Source of the DNA: an uncultured SAR86 cluster bacterium
GTDB taxonomy: Bacteria > Pseudomonadota > Gammaproteobacteria > Magnimaribacterales > D2472
Length of the DNA stretch: 64,000 nucleotides
NCBI GenBank assembly: GCA_902557965.1
Contig: CACECK010000005.1
Span: 7,365-71,364, forward strand
Reading direction: 5' to 3'
The notes under the pieces are model-generated. The model saw only the letters and a list, made by a program, of their open reading frames with translations, searched no databases and was not told the origin of the DNA. Shown here piece after piece: positions 18,287 through 28,833 of this stretch; position 1 is the stretch's first letter; the number at the start of each line of letters is the position of its first letter. The position numbers and the translations under genes were made by a program.

Positions 18287-19335
18287 TGGAACCTCTAGAT
18301 GATACAAAGTTCTCTGGTACAAAAGAAGTTGCTGAACATTTAACTATTGAAGCGCTAAAATTGCAGCCATGGATTGATGAATTTGTCCCAGAAGCAGGAA
18401 AAATTAATTCTATTGAACAGTTTAAAGGCGGTCAATCTAATCCAACATATAAAATCACTACCGATACAAAAAGTCTTGTTTTAAGACGCAAGCCCCCTGG
18501 GAAGCTATTGCCATCTGCACATGCTGTAGATAGAGAATATAAGGTGATTACTGCATTATATGAAACTGATGTTCCCGTCCCAAAAACCTATGGCCTTTGC
18601 GAAGATGATGACGTTGCTGGTACAGCATTTTTTGTTATGGACTTTCTTGATGGAGATCTTTTTTGGGATCCTATGATCCCATCAGTAACTAATAAAGATA
18701 GGACTGAGATATATCAAAACAAAAATAAAACTTTAGCTAAACTCCATAGCGTTGATTACAAAAAAATAGGATTAGAAGGCTATGGCAAGCCTGGAAATTA
18801 TGTAGCTAGACAAGTTTCAAGATGGTCAAAACAATATAGAGCCTCAGAAACAGATGATATTGAAGCAATGAATAACTTAATTGAATGGCTTCCAAAAAAT
18901 ATACCTGACGATGACGAAACATCAATTGTTCATGGAGATTACCGATTAGACAATATGATATTGAAAAATAACAAGGTAATGGGAATCCTTGATTGGGAGC
19001 TATCTACATTAGGGCATCCAGTTGCAGACTTCAGTTACCATTGTCTTTCATGGCGCAATCAAGAAGCATTTTGGGATAAAGCAAAACTTAAAGATCTTGG
19101 AGTTCCAACTGAAAGTGAGTACATGGAAATGTATTGTGAAAATACGGGTAAAGATCTCTCTAAAAATTGGGAGTTCTACATGGCCTTTAATATGTTCAAA
19201 ATTGCAGGTATCTTACAGGGTATCCTAGGAAGGGTCAGAGACGGGACAGCAGCAAGCAAGCATGCGGAAGAAAGAGGCATGATGGTATATCCCCTTTCAG
19301 AGGCTGCATGGAAAATCATTAGAGATAATTTCTAA
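18286..19335 (+). CDS. APH-fold phosphotransferase (ACAD10/11 N-terminal kinase-like)
   Basis: 349 aa with GGQSNPTYKI, AHAVDREY, IVHGDYRLDNMIL and ILDWELSTLGHP. Confidence 0.7.
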   Translation: MEPLDDTKFSGTKEVAEHLTIEALKLQPWIDEFVPEAGKINSIEQFKGGQSNPTYKITTDTKSLVLRRKPPGKLLPSAHAVDREYKVITALYETDVPVPKTYGLCEDDDVAGTAFFVMDFLDGDLFWDPMIPSVTNKDRTEIYQNKNKTLAKLHSVDYKKIGLEGYGKPGNYVARQVSRWSKQYRASETDDIEAMNNLIEWLPKNIPDDDETSIVHGDYRLDNMILKNNKVMGILDWELSTLGHPVADFSYHCLSWRNQEAFWDKAKLKDLGVPTESEYMEMYCENTGKDLSKNWEFYMAFNMFKIAGILQGILGRVRDGTAASKHAEERGMMVYPLSEAAWKIIRDNF

Positions 19336-19358
19336 ATCTATAATCTACAAAGAAAGTA

Positions 19359-19964
19359 TTATCTTTTAACAAAAAATAGAGTAATTCCCGATATAGAGGT
19401 AACTAATGCAAGTATTGATAGAACCTTCAATAAAATATTATTAATATTATCTCTTTCCTTATAGTCCATGATATGTAAGCTCCACATCAAGTCCCAAATC
19501 CTCCATGAATCTGATCTTATTGAAGATATATCACCTGTCATATATCCAACATAAACATTAATCTTGTCTTTCGTTTCTGTCTTTACTTTATAAGCAGGTA
19601 AAGTACCCCTGTATTCTGAGCCAGGAACAACACTTTCAATTAAAATTGCTTCTGTTGGATTTAAAGAGGTCTTTTGACGAGTTATCTTAATAGCCTCCTC
19701 ACTAGTTAGAGGTTTAATAGGTTTTCTGTCAGGATAAGTTGCGTAGGATTTCTCTCCATTTTCAATTGTTTCGATTATAGAGGATCCAAGTCTATCAAAA
19801 ATTCTATATTCAATATCTTTAGGTAAGCGATATTGCTCTCCTCTAACCAATTCGATTTTGTTAAAAGCAAAATAAATACCTGACACAGTCCACAACAGTA
19901 GCTGAATAGATACAAATATACTTAAATATCTATGAAGATTTCTTGTGAATTTTTTTATTTTCAT
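19359..19964 (-). CDS. PepSY-associated TM-helix-like membrane protein
   Basis: 201 aa with N- and C-terminal TM helices (LHRYLSIFVSIQLLLWTVSGIYFAF ... ILALVTSISGITLFF). ATGA overlap with folK. Confidence 0.45.
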   Translation of the reverse strand: MKIKKFTRNLHRYLSIFVSIQLLLWTVSGIYFAFNKIELVRGEQYRLPKDIEYRIFDRLGSSIIETIENGEKSYATYPDRKPIKPLTSEEAIKITRQKTSLNPTEAILIESVVPGSEYRGTLPAYKVKTETKDKINVYVGYMTGDISSIRSDSWRIWDLMWSLHIMDYKERDNINNILLKVLSILALVTSISGITLFFVKR

Positions 19965-20341
19965 TTCAAGAGTTCTTTTAATGGCTCAGATACAAAAGTA
20001 TATTTTTCAATTTCATCACTTTCAAATAATATTTCCTCATCTTCATCGATTTGAAGAACTATATCGATATCTAAAGTCCTTGCGCTAAATTTAGGAGCAT
20101 TTCTATTTCTTCCGGCTGCATCTTCAATTGACTTAAGCTTGATATTAAGATCATCAAAAGATTCAGTGGAATCGCCACAAATAACTGAATTTAAAAAATC
20201 ATCACCTTCAAATCCTTCAGCTTTAGTCTTGTAAATTGAAGATGATTTTATATTAGTAAGCATTTTATTTAATTCTTTTTCTGCAAAATCTAAATTCTTT
20301 TCAGCCTCTATGTTGCTGCCGAGTGACAAAAAATATTTCAT
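19961..20341 (-). CDS. folK: 2-amino-4-hydroxy-6-hydroxymethyldihydropteridine diphosphokinase (short)
   Basis: 126 aa with LSLGSN, SSIYKT...FLNSV and RTLDIDIVL HPPK motifs. Confidence 0.75.
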   Translation of the reverse strand: MKYFLSLGSNIEAEKNLDFAEKELNKMLTNIKSSSIYKTKAEGFEGDDFLNSVICGDSTESFDDLNIKLKSIEDAAGRNRNAPKFSARTLDIDIVLQIDEDEEILFESDEIEKYTFVSEPLKELLK

Positions 20342-20688
20342 TATCTATGAATAATTAATCCAACATCTTTGGCGCCTCTCAGAGCACCTGGCTTTGAAAC
20401 TCGTAACTTGATTGATTCAACTTTAAATTGATCTTTAACTAGAGATGCAATTCCTTCAGCAAGCGATTCTTGAAGTTGAAATGAAGATTCTTCGACAAAC
20501 TTTATAACAGCCTTGCAAATAGTTTTATAATCAATTGAGTCCTCTATAGAGTCATTTGCCGCTGCCTTTTTACAATCAAATGGAAACTCAATATCAATGC
20601 TGACTTCTTGCTTTACTTTTCGCTCCCAATCAAAAATACCAATAATTGTTTTTACCCTTAAATCTTTTATATAAATTATGTCTTTCAT
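20341..20688 (-). CDS. folB: dihydroneopterin aldolase
   Basis: IYIKDLRVKTIIGIFDWERKVKQ... Start trimmed to the ATG at 20688 (ATGA overlap with the tsaD stop). Confidence 0.8.
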   Translation of the reverse strand: MKDIIYIKDLRVKTIIGIFDWERKVKQEVSIDIEFPFDCKKAAANDSIEDSIDYKTICKAVIKFVEESSFQLQESLAEGIASLVKDQFKVESIKLRVSKPGALRGAKDVGLIIHR

Positions 20689-21686
20689 TTTTCTAATTCG
20701 TCCAGTGGCCACCTTGCCCTTACTTTTGAAGAATGATCATTAACTTTTGATGCCATTTTTGATCCTACAAAAGCAATCATTGCTGCATTATCTCCACAAT
20801 ACTTTATATGAGGATAATATACATTGATATTTAATTGATTCTCCAGTTTTTTAAATTCTTCTCTTAAAAACTGATTAGCTGCAACCCCGCCCGCAATTAT
20901 TACATTTGATCTGCCTGTTTGATCAACAGCTTTTTTAATTTTTGTTATTAAAACATCAACCACCGCTTGTTGAAAAGATGCTGCTATGTCACATTTAATT
21001 TGATCATCCATGTTTTCAATTTTTTGAATTGTATAAAGTACAGAAGTTTTTAGGCCACTCAAGCTCATATTTAAATCATTTGAATTTATCATTGGTCTTG
21101 GAAAATCATAAGCGGTACCTTTACCCTTTTTTGCAAGATTTTCAATGTGTGGACCGCCGGGATATGGAAGATCCAACATCTTTGCAACCTTGTCAAAAGC
21201 TTCGCCTACTGCATCGTCTTGTGATTGACCAAGAATTTCGTAATCGCCCTTTTCCTTAACATCAACTATCATGCTGTGGCCACCGGAAACTAGCAAACAA
21301 ATAAAAGGCATATTTAAGTCATCAAATTCCATCATTGGTGACATCAAATGACCCTCAAGATGATTTACTGATATAAGAGGTATATTTAGTGCCGTTGATA
21401 ATCCTTGAGCAAAACTTTCACCTATCAAAAGTGCTCCTAAAAGCCCTGGCCCTGATGTGTATGCAATTTGATCAATGCTATTTAATTCTATATCGTCCAA
21501 AGCATCATGAAGGACATTTATTATTTTTGAACAATGATCCCTTGATGCTAATTCAGGTACAACTCCACCGTATTCTGCATGCATTTGCATTTGACTATGA
21601 ACAGACTCACCAATAATTCCGTTATCTGAATCATATATTGCTATTGCTGTTTCATCACAAGAAGTTTCAATACCTAAAGTTTTCAT
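20685..21686 (-). CDS. tsaD: tRNA N6-adenosine threonylcarbamoyltransferase
   Basis: 333 aa with LGIETSCDETA, HLEGH, SGGHS and GGVAAN. Divergent from rpsU. Confidence 0.92.
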   Translation of the reverse strand: MKTLGIETSCDETAIAIYDSDNGIIGESVHSQMQMHAEYGGVVPELASRDHCSKIINVLHDALDDIELNSIDQIAYTSGPGLLGALLIGESFAQGLSTALNIPLISVNHLEGHLMSPMMEFDDLNMPFICLLVSGGHSMIVDVKEKGDYEILGQSQDDAVGEAFDKVAKMLDLPYPGGPHIENLAKKGKGTAYDFPRPMINSNDLNMSLSGLKTSVLYTIQKIENMDDQIKCDIAASFQQAVVDVLITKIKKAVDQTGRSNVIIAGGVAANQFLREEFKKLENQLNINVYYPHIKYCGDNAAMIAFVGSKMASKVNDHSSKVRARWPLDELEK

Positions 21687-21694
21687 AAAAAGTT

Positions 21695-21723
21695 TTGCAA
21701 AAAAGTAAATAAAAGCCTAAACT
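21695..21723 (+). promoter_or_regulatory. candidate sigma70 promoter for rpsU (TTGCAA-N17-TAAACT)
   Basis: The hexamers and 17-nt spacer were read directly. The -10 ends only 12 nt before the rpsU ATG, which would leave an almost leaderless mRNA, so this call is tentative. Confidence 0.3.
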
Positions 21724-21735
21724 ACGCGACACATT

Positions 21736-21951
21736 ATGCCTTCAATTATAATAAAAGAAACAGAACATTTTGACATTGGTTTGAGAAAATTCAAACGTGC
21801 GTGTGAAAAAGCAGCAATAGTTCCTGAAATTAGAGCTAGAGAACACTACGAAAAACCAACAGAAAAAAGAAAACGTTTAATGGCAGCTGCCGTGAAAAGA
21901 GCAAAAAAAACAAATAGAAAATTTTCTTTCCCAAGACAAAGATCTAGATAG
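21736..21951 (+). CDS. rpsU: 30S ribosomal protein S21
   Basis: 71 aa, [47 protein letters not shown]. Confidence 0.92.
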   Translation: MPSIIIKETEHFDIGLRKFKRACEKAAIVPEIRAREHYEKPTEKRKRLMAAAVKRAKKTNRKFSFPRQRSR

Positions 21952-21953
21952 TT

Positions 21954-22394
21954 TTGGCTCTTTTATCTGATATCAAACAAGACCTAAAACAAGCAATGCT
22001 TGATAAGAATGTGCTCGTTCGAGATACCATAAGAATGTTCTTATCCGAAGTTCAGCGTTTCGAGATTGATAATAAAGAAGAGGTTGATGATTCGAAAGCT
22101 CTTCAAATTATTAACAAAATGATAAAACAAAGAAATGACTCTATTTCACAATTTAAAAATGGTGGAAGGAATGATTTGGCAGAAAAAGAGGAAAAAGAAG
22201 TTGATATACTTTCAAAATATAAGCCTGCGCAACTTAGCGATGAAGAAATAACTTCTAAAGTAAAAGAAGCGATTGAGCAATCAGGAGCAACTTCAATGCA
22301 GGATATGGGTAAGGTAATGGGAATTCTTAAATCATTATCAGGTTCTGCGGACATGGGTTTAGTTAGCAAAATTGTTAAGGATGAGCTGTCTTAA
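21954..22394 (+). CDS. GatB/YqeY domain protein
   Basis: 146 aa with a TTG start. The sequence LKQAML...RDTIRM...KQR.DSI..F..GGR.DLAEKE..E..IL..Y.P is typical of the YqeY family. Confidence 0.8.
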   Translation: MALLSDIKQDLKQAMLDKNVLVRDTIRMFLSEVQRFEIDNKEEVDDSKALQIINKMIKQRNDSISQFKNGGRNDLAEKEEKEVDILSKYKPAQLSDEEITSKVKEAIEQSGATSMQDMGKVMGILKSLSGSADMGLVSKIVKDELS

Positions 22395-22406
22395 TATTTC
22401 AAAATT

Positions 22407-23111
22407 ATGGAAAGAATTGACAATCGAAATCATAACCAACTGAGGGATATAACTATAGAGCCTAACGTGAATATTCATGCTGAAGGCTCTGTATTAATAA
22501 CTTTTGGTAATACAAAAGTTATTTGCAATGCTTCCATTGAAAATAATGTTCCAAGGTGGATGAGAAATTCTGATGAGGGTTGGGTAACTGGTGAATACGG
22601 AATGCTTCCAAGGTCTACCAATGAAAGAATGGGTAGAGAAGCCGCAAGAGGCAAGCAGTCAGGAAGAACGCAAGAGATTCAAAGACTTATTGGACGATCA
22701 CTTAGACAAGCAGTCAACCTTAAATATCTTAAAGGTAAGACAGTAAATATAGACTGTGATGTGATACAAGCGGATGGCGGAACCAGGACCGCCTCTGTAA
22801 CTGGTGGTTGTGTAGCTTTATTTTTAGCAATTAAAAATCATCATGATGATCAAAGAGCAATTAAGTCTTATGTTGCGGCTGTATCTTTGGGCATTAAAAA
22901 TAATAGGGTTTTACTAGACTTAAATTATGATGAAGATAGTTCAGCTGACACTGATCTAAATATTGTTATGAATGATAAAGATGAGCTTATTGAAATACAG
23001 GGTACTGCGGAGGATGCCCCTTTTTCAAAAAGTGAACTAAATGATATGCTTGATTTAGGTAGCTCAGCAATTGCTGAAATTATTAAAAAACAAAAAGCTT
23101 GCATTGAATAA
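22407..23111 (+). CDS. rph: ribonuclease PH
   Basis: 234 aa with [26 protein letters not shown] and [14 protein letters not shown]. Confidence 0.92.
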   Translation: MERIDNRNHNQLRDITIEPNVNIHAEGSVLITFGNTKVICNASIENNVPRWMRNSDEGWVTGEYGMLPRSTNERMGREAARGKQSGRTQEIQRLIGRSLRQAVNLKYLKGKTVNIDCDVIQADGGTRTASVTGGCVALFLAIKNHHDDQRAIKSYVAAVSLGIKNNRVLLDLNYDEDSSADTDLNIVMNDKDELIEIQGTAEDAPFSKSELNDMLDLGSSAIAEIIKKQKACIE

Positions 23112-23750
23112 GTGAAAGACTATCAGATATCATTTTTAAACTTAGCCTTAGAATCAAGATCATTACAATTTGGCGAATACACTCTTAAGTCTGGACGATC
23201 TAGTCCTTATTTTTTTAATGCAGCAAATATGTTGAGTAATTGTAGTCTTTACGAATTAGGAAAATGTTATGTGGATGCAATAAATGATAAGGGACTTAAA
23301 TTTGATTGTATTTACGGTCCTGCCTACAAGGGAATATTTCTTGGATCAATTATTGCAACGTTGTTAAGTGAAAAAGGTGATATTTATCCTCTATCTTTCA
23401 ATAGAAAAGAAGAAAAAGACCATGGAGAAGGTGGCAATATAATCGGTGAAAAACCCTGTGGAGATGTTTTAATAATTGATGACGTGCTTTCTGCAGGAAC
23501 TGCTGGCAAAGAATCAATTGAAACAATCTTGAGTTTATCCGCAACTCCAAAAGCATTTATAGTTGGTTTAGACAGGCAAGAAAAAGGCAAATTGGAAAAA
23601 GCAGCTAGTCAGGAATTGCGTGATGACTTTAATATGCGAGTTGAGTCCATAGTTAATCTTGATATATTAATATCTTTTGTAAAAAATGATCAAAAATATG
23701 ATCAACACCTAGATGGGCTGAATGAATATAGAGATATATGGGGAGCATAG
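23112..23750 (+). CDS. pyrE: orotate phosphoribosyltransferase
   Basis: 212 aa with a GTG start. Contains FGEYTLKSGRSSPYFFN, GPAYKGI and VLIIDDVLSAGTA. Confidence 0.9.
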   Translation: MKDYQISFLNLALESRSLQFGEYTLKSGRSSPYFFNAANMLSNCSLYELGKCYVDAINDKGLKFDCIYGPAYKGIFLGSIIATLLSEKGDIYPLSFNRKEEKDHGEGGNIIGEKPCGDVLIIDDVLSAGTAGKESIETILSLSATPKAFIVGLDRQEKGKLEKAASQELRDDFNMRVESIVNLDILISFVKNDQKYDQHLDGLNEYRDIWGA

Positions 23751-24362
23751 ATGTTTTCTGGTATTGTTGAAGGTATAGGCAAAGTAGTAGCATTGGAATC
23801 TAAGCAAGATTCGATTTATATCGAAATTCTTCCTCCAAAAAATTTTTCTAAAAATTTAAAAAAAGGTGCGAGCATATCTGTTGATGGTGTTTGTCTTACA
23901 TCATTAGATAACGGTAAAAAAGTCCTAAAATTTGATGTGATAGAAGAAACGCTATCAAGAACAAATCTTAAACACTTAAAAAAAGGATCTATTGTGAATT
24001 TAGAGAGATCTATAACTTCTTCAACGGAAATAGGTGGACATTTGATGTCTGGACATATCCATTTTAAAGGAAATATAAAAAAAATAATTTGCAAAGAATC
24101 TACCAAAGATATTATCGTTGGTTTTCCTAAAAAGTATGGGGAATATATTTTCGAGAAAGGTTATATAGGTGTTAATGGCTGCAGCTTAACTCTTGGGAAA
24201 GTAAATAAAGACTCATTTTATCTTCACCTAATACCAGAAACCTTGTCAGTAACAAATCTTGATATCTTGACAGTTAAATCGATTGTTAATATCGAAATAG
24301 ACCAAAGCACCATAACTACAGTTGAAACTGTTAAGAATATATTAGCTGCTCAAAAATCTTGA
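23751..24362 (+). CDS. ribE: riboflavin synthase
   Basis: 203 aa with MFSGIVEGIGKV, GASISVDGVCLT and a second lumazine-binding repeat GVNGCSLT. Confidence 0.9.
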   Translation: MFSGIVEGIGKVVALESKQDSIYIEILPPKNFSKNLKKGASISVDGVCLTSLDNGKKVLKFDVIEETLSRTNLKHLKKGSIVNLERSITSSTEIGGHLMSGHIHFKGNIKKIICKESTKDIIVGFPKKYGEYIFEKGYIGVNGCSLTLGKVNKDSFYLHLIPETLSVTNLDILTVKSIVNIEIDQSTITTVETVKNILAAQKS

Positions 24363-25247
24363 CAGGACTGCCATTCGTATTGCAACTCCATTTGCAATCT
24401 GTTCTCTAATTACTGAATTCTCACAATCATATACGGCCTCGGTAATTTCTATGTAATTTACCGGTCCTGGATGCATAATAATTGCATCATCTTTTGCAAA
24501 ACCAAGCTTTTCTGAAGAAAGTTGATATGCATTTTTATATGTCTCAAGATCTAGATCTAAATCTTTTTCAAATCTCTCGTATTGAATTCTTAGTGTCATT
24601 ACGACATCAGCATCTTTAAGTGCCTTCTCCATATCTGGTTCATAATTACCAGAATCAGAGTCCATATATTTGTTACACATTTCTGGATGACCACAAAAAG
24701 TCAACTCTTCAATATCAAAATTAGATACGGCCTCTACAAAAGATGAAGTTACTCTTGAGTGATCAAGGTCACCAACAATGACTATTTTTAATCCATCCAA
24801 ATTAGATTTATGATCAACAATAGTTTTTATATCTAACAAAGCTTGAGTAGGATGAGAAATAGAACCTTCACCAGCATTTATGAAAACCATTTTTGGTAAC
24901 TGCTTCGAGAGCTCTCTAATCACAGACTCAGGATGTCTAAGTACACACAAATCAACGCCCATTAAATTTAGTGCATCTATAGTCTCATATATCGATTCTC
25001 CTTTTTGTATGGAGGAACTATCAATATTAAAATCAAGAACATTACAACCTAGATTTCCTGCAGCCACTGCAAATGACATTTTTGTTCTTGTGCTAGGCTC
25101 GCAAAATACATTAGCAACTGTTTTATCTGGAAAAAGATCTTCTTTTCTAAAATTACCCTCTTCATCAATAAAGTTATTTGAGAAATTAATTAAATCTAAT
25201 ATCTCTTTTTTTGTTAAGTCATTTATTGAGATAAGGTCTTTAGCCAT
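24342..25247 (-). CDS. pyrB: aspartate carbamoyltransferase catalytic subunit
   Basis: 301 aa with [20 protein letters not shown] and MHPGP. Its 3' end overlaps the ribE 3' end by 21 nt (convergent). Confidence 0.9.
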   Translation of the reverse strand: MAKDLISINDLTKKEILDLINFSNNFIDEEGNFRKEDLFPDKTVANVFCEPSTRTKMSFAVAAGNLGCNVLDFNIDSSSIQKGESIYETIDALNLMGVDLCVLRHPESVIRELSKQLPKMVFINAGEGSISHPTQALLDIKTIVDHKSNLDGLKIVIVGDLDHSRVTSSFVEAVSNFDIEELTFCGHPEMCNKYMDSDSGNYEPDMEKALKDADVVMTLRIQYERFEKDLDLDLETYKNAYQLSSEKLGFAKDDAIIMHPGPVNYIEITEAVYDCENSVIREQIANGVAIRMAVLSRFLSS

Positions 25248-25626
25248 TTGTTGAAACTATAGCCTCTATTTCTACATTTACACCTAATGGCAAACCAGAT
25301 ATTTCCACTGTAGCTCTTGCAGGATATGGTTCTTTGAAATAATTTTTCATTACTTCATTTACAGTCGCAAAATTACCTAAATCAGTTAGAAATATAGTGA
25401 TTTTAACTATGTCCTCAAGACCGTGACCAGCCGCCTCACAGATACTTTTTATGTTATCCAGTACTTGATTCGCCTGATCTTCAATTGATCCATCAACAAT
25501 ATCTCCAGTTTTTGGATCTAATGGAATTTGTCCTGATATGAATATTAGATTTCCAGTTTTTACTGCCTGAGAATATGGGCCAATAGCTTGCGGCGCATTA
25601 TCTGTAGATATAATTTCTTTTGGCAT
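25240..25626 (-). CDS. ridA: RidA family reactive-intermediate deaminase
   Basis: [22 protein letters not shown]...[12 protein letters not shown]. The ATG at 25626 is preceded by GAGGAG, with 9 nt between it and the ATG. An alternative upstream ATG at 25710 would add a hydrophobic 28-aa extension. Confidence 0.8.
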   Translation of the reverse strand: MPKEIISTDNAPQAIGPYSQAVKTGNLIFISGQIPLDPKTGDIVDGSIEDQANQVLDNIKSICEAAGHGLEDIVKITIFLTDLGNFATVNEVMKNYFKEPYPARATVEISGLPLGVNVEIEAIVSTNG

Positions 25627-25699
25627 TTTTTTTGACTCCTCAGAATATAAATTATTAGGTATAAATGAAATTGTACATAAAATAAGTAGAAGTTTTTTA

Positions 25700-27892
25700 C
25701 TATTTCTCATTTATCTTTCTTTTACAACTTGTTGTAAATTTCTGTGCTCTTACTTTTTGCATAACCTTTCTAAGTTCTTGCTTATCCTGCACCTCAATTT
25801 CAATTTCAAACCCTGCAAATTTCTTATCAATGGTTTTTGTATTAACAGACCCTATGTTAATAGCTGCTCTTGCGAATACAGAACCAAGCTCAGATAACAC
25901 TCCTAATGTATCTTTTGTATTTACGTCGATTCGAACTTTATACGCATGATCAGATTTATTTTCACCCCAAATTGCTGGCATGTACCTCGCATCTTTTGAA
26001 ATAAACGGAGTTACTTGTTTGCATCTTCTGTGATGAACAACCATCCCTCTTTCAGTATCAGAATGAGCAACTACTTCATCTCCATGAACAGGGAGGCAAC
26101 ATTTAGCAAATCTTACTCTTACGCTCTCTATCTTGTTGTCGACAATTAAAACTGGTTTTGGCTCCTCTATACCTTCTCTAATCTGCAAGCCTGAATAAAA
26201 TCTTTCTGCAACAATACTTCCCGTTCTTTTGCCAAGACCCAAATCAGTCATAAGTTTATTTAATGAAGTGACGCCAATCGAATTTAATATTTTCTTTAGC
26301 GTTCCGCCCCTGTATTCATTTAGTGTTTTTCCTCCTCTTTTTAATTCTGATTCAAGCATTACCTTCCCAGCTTTTCTTGCATCTGAAATCTTTTGTTTTC
26401 TTAAGTTTGCTCTAATAGCGCTTCTTGCTTTACTTGTAACAACATAGTTCAGCCATGAGGGATCTAACTCATAATTTTGTTTTGATGTAATAATCTCTAC
26501 TGTCTGTCCTGTCTCTAGTTCAATATTTAGTGGTGCGTCATATCTGTTGACCTTACAGCCAATTATAGAATCTCCTAAATCAGTATGAACTTCATAAGCA
26601 AAATCTATTGGAGTAGAACCTTTTCTAAGGGCATAGACGTCACCTTTTGGAGAAAATAAAAAAACTTCATTAGAGTCTAAGTCTGTCTTAATGGACTGTG
26701 CAAATTCTGAGGAATCCGAAGATTTTTTTTGTAAATCAATCAAACCTGATAGCCATCTCGTGGCTCTAAGTTCAGAATTTACATCTTTGTCTTTGGTCTT
26801 ATACTGCCAATGTGCCGCAATACCAAAACTAGCAATTTCAGACATGTCACGTGTTTGTATTTGTACTTCAATTGGAAAAGCATTAAGGGCTAGCAAGCTG
26901 GTATGTAATGCTTGATAACCATTGCTTTTTGGGATGGCAATGTAATCTTTAAATCTATTTTCAATTGGCGAAAAGTAGTTGTGAATTATTCCAAGAGATC
27001 TATAACAATCATCGATTGAATCAACCAAGATTCTAAAACCATATACATCAAGAATTTCTGAAAATGGTTTATGTTTAGATTTAATTTTTCTATAAATGCT
27101 GTAGATATTTTTTTCTCTTCCTTTAACGGCAACTTCATCAATGCTGTTTGATTTAAGATGTCTTTTTAGTTCTTTTCTAATTTTTCCAACAATTTTTTTT
27201 CTTCCTCCACTGGATTTCTTAATAGCGCTTTCCAGCATCGAAGCTCGCAAAGGATGAATACACTTAAAAGCTAAATCCTCGAGCTCTGCTCTAATATCCT
27301 GCATTCCAATTCTTAAAGCCAGAGGACCATAAAGCTCAATTGTTTCTTTTGATTTTTTAATCTGTTTTGATCTTGGTAAATGCTCTATTGTTCTCATGTT
27401 ATGAAGTCGATCACAAATTTTTACTAGGATTACTCGAACATCTTTTGACATTGCTAACATCATCTTTTGCAAATTATTAGCATCATTTTCTTTTTTAGGA
27501 GTTATGTCTAACTTTCCTAATTTACTTACACCATCAACTATTTCAGCAACGTCATGACCAAAAAGTTTTGTAAGGTTTTGTTTATTAACATCACAATCTT
27601 CTAATACATCGTGCATTAGCGCAGCGCAGATAGTATCCGGGTCCATGCGAAGTTCTAGTAATATTTGAGCAACTTGTACAGGGTGTGTTATGTATTTGGA
27701 ACCGTCTTGCCTTAGTTGTCCATCGTGAGAATAAAATGCAAATGTATATGCTTTTTGAATTTTTTTAAGCTCTTTATAGCCTAAATAAGATCTCACCTCT
27801 TTGTAAAAAGACGGAGGCAGCTTTAAATAGTATTCTTTAGAAAAATTATTAATTAAAGTACTGGGGAGAACTTGGTCACTCAAGATAACCAC
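25700..27892 (-). CDS. spoT: bifunctional (p)ppGpp synthetase/hydrolase
   Basis: 730 aa with an HD domain (HPVQVAQIL...HDVLED), a RelA/SpoT synthetase region, and TGS and ACT-like C-terminal regions. Follows rpoZ. Confidence 0.9.
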   Translation of the reverse strand: MVILSDQVLPSTLINNFSKEYYLKLPPSFYKEVRSYLGYKELKKIQKAYTFAFYSHDGQLRQDGSKYITHPVQVAQILLELRMDPDTICAALMHDVLEDCDVNKQNLTKLFGHDVAEIVDGVSKLGKLDITPKKENDANNLQKMMLAMSKDVRVILVKICDRLHNMRTIEHLPRSKQIKKSKETIELYGPLALRIGMQDIRAELEDLAFKCIHPLRASMLESAIKKSSGGRKKIVGKIRKELKRHLKSNSIDEVAVKGREKNIYSIYRKIKSKHKPFSEILDVYGFRILVDSIDDCYRSLGIIHNYFSPIENRFKDYIAIPKSNGYQALHTSLLALNAFPIEVQIQTRDMSEIASFGIAAHWQYKTKDKDVNSELRATRWLSGLIDLQKKSSDSSEFAQSIKTDLDSNEVFLFSPKGDVYALRKGSTPIDFAYEVHTDLGDSIIGCKVNRYDAPLNIELETGQTVEIITSKQNYELDPSWLNYVVTSKARSAIRANLRKQKISDARKAGKVMLESELKRGGKTLNEYRGGTLKKILNSIGVTSLNKLMTDLGLGKRTGSIVAERFYSGLQIREGIEEPKPVLIVDNKIESVRVRFAKCCLPVHGDEVVAHSDTERGMVVHHRRCKQVTPFISKDARYMPAIWGENKSDHAYKVRIDVNTKDTLGVLSELGSVFARAAINIGSVNTKTIDKKFAGFEIEIEVQDKQELRKVMQKVRAQKFTTSCKRKINEK

Positions 27893-27903
27893 CCATAAAT
27901 CAT

Positions 27904-28173
27904 TTAACCAATATTTTCGGTGTCTTGGTTACTTGGAGCAGAAAACTCATCTAATAATAAGTCTTCTTCAAGAGTCTTATCAAGGGTTTCTCTGTCAAGA
28001 AGGCCCTCTTCAATTTCTCTCAATGCAACCAAGGTTGGCTTGTCATTGTCCCATTCCACAAGCGGATCTCTGCTTGTTGTAGAAAGCTGCCTAGCTCTTT
28101 TTGATGCCATAAGAATTAGGTCAAATCTACTTGGAATTTTTTCTAAACAATTTTCAACGGTTATTCTTGCCAT
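27904..28173 (-). CDS. rpoZ: DNA-directed RNA polymerase subunit omega
   Basis: 89 aa, [30 protein letters not shown]. Confidence 0.9.
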   Translation of the reverse strand: MARITVENCLEKIPSRFDLILMASKRARQLSTTSRDPLVEWDNDKPTLVALREIEEGLLDRETLDKTLEEDLLLDEFSAPSNQDTENIG

Positions 28174-28212
28174 GTTATTTCTCCTGGGTTGAGTATTCTA
28201 ATTCCAAATAGA

Positions 28213-28833
28213 TTATTTATCCAATAATTCTCTTAATATATTTTCTGTATTTTTATTATATTCAAAGTTATCTTCAAATAAAATTGAACTTAAAATTTCT
28301 ATTGTTTTACTAAATTCATCATTTAAAACTATGTAGTCAAATAACTCTGCTGATTTTAGCTCAGTAAGAGCGTTCTCAAGCCTTTTAGATATTACTTCTT
28401 TTGAATCAAGACCTCTTGTGTGTAATCTTTTCTCAAGCTCATCAAAAGATGGTGGCAATATAAATATAGAGGTGTGTTTGATTGAAGAGTTTTTGATTTG
28501 TATAAATCCTTGGACGTCTATGTCTAAAATAATACTGATTCCAGAGTTAATCTTTTCTTCAACAAATGATCTTAAAGTCGCATATTGAAAGCCATGGACA
28601 ATTGCAGACTCAAGAAAAGCATCATTTTCTCTCATTTGATTAAACTCATCGTCAGATATAAAAAAATAATCTTTGCCGTGTACTTCTCCTTCTCTTGGCA
28701 ATCTTGTGGTTGCAGATACAGATAACTCAATTGACTTCTCACCTAATTCAATAAGTTTTCTTATCAATGATGACTTCCCCGCACCAGAGGGAGCAGAAAA
28801 TATAATTAGCTTGGCTTGATTCATATTATTCAA
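28213..28833 (-). CDS. gmk: guanylate kinase
   Basis: 206 aa with a P-loop SAPSGAGKSSL, TTRLPREGEVHGKDYFF and DIDVQG. Confidence 0.92.
   Translation of the reverse strand: MNNMNQAKLIIFSAPSGAGKSSLIRKLIELGEKSIELSVSATTRLPREGEVHGKDYFFISDDEFNQMRENDAFLESAIVHGFQYATLRSFVEEKINSGISIILDIDVQGFIQIKNSSIKHTSIFILPPSFDELEKRLHTRGLDSKEVISKRLENALTELKSAELFDYIVLNDEFSKTIEILSSILFEDNFEYNKNTENILRELLDK

Noticed and set aside
25627-25710. An upstream in-frame ATG would give RidA a 28-aa N-terminal extension ([28 protein letters not shown]) resembling a signal or lipoprotein peptide.
   Set aside because: A strong GAGGAG lies 9 nt before the canonical Met ([12 protein letters not shown]...), where RidA proteins normally start. 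LILC is a poor lipobox. The upstream ATG would overlap spoT and has no good SD. It remains only a minor possibility.
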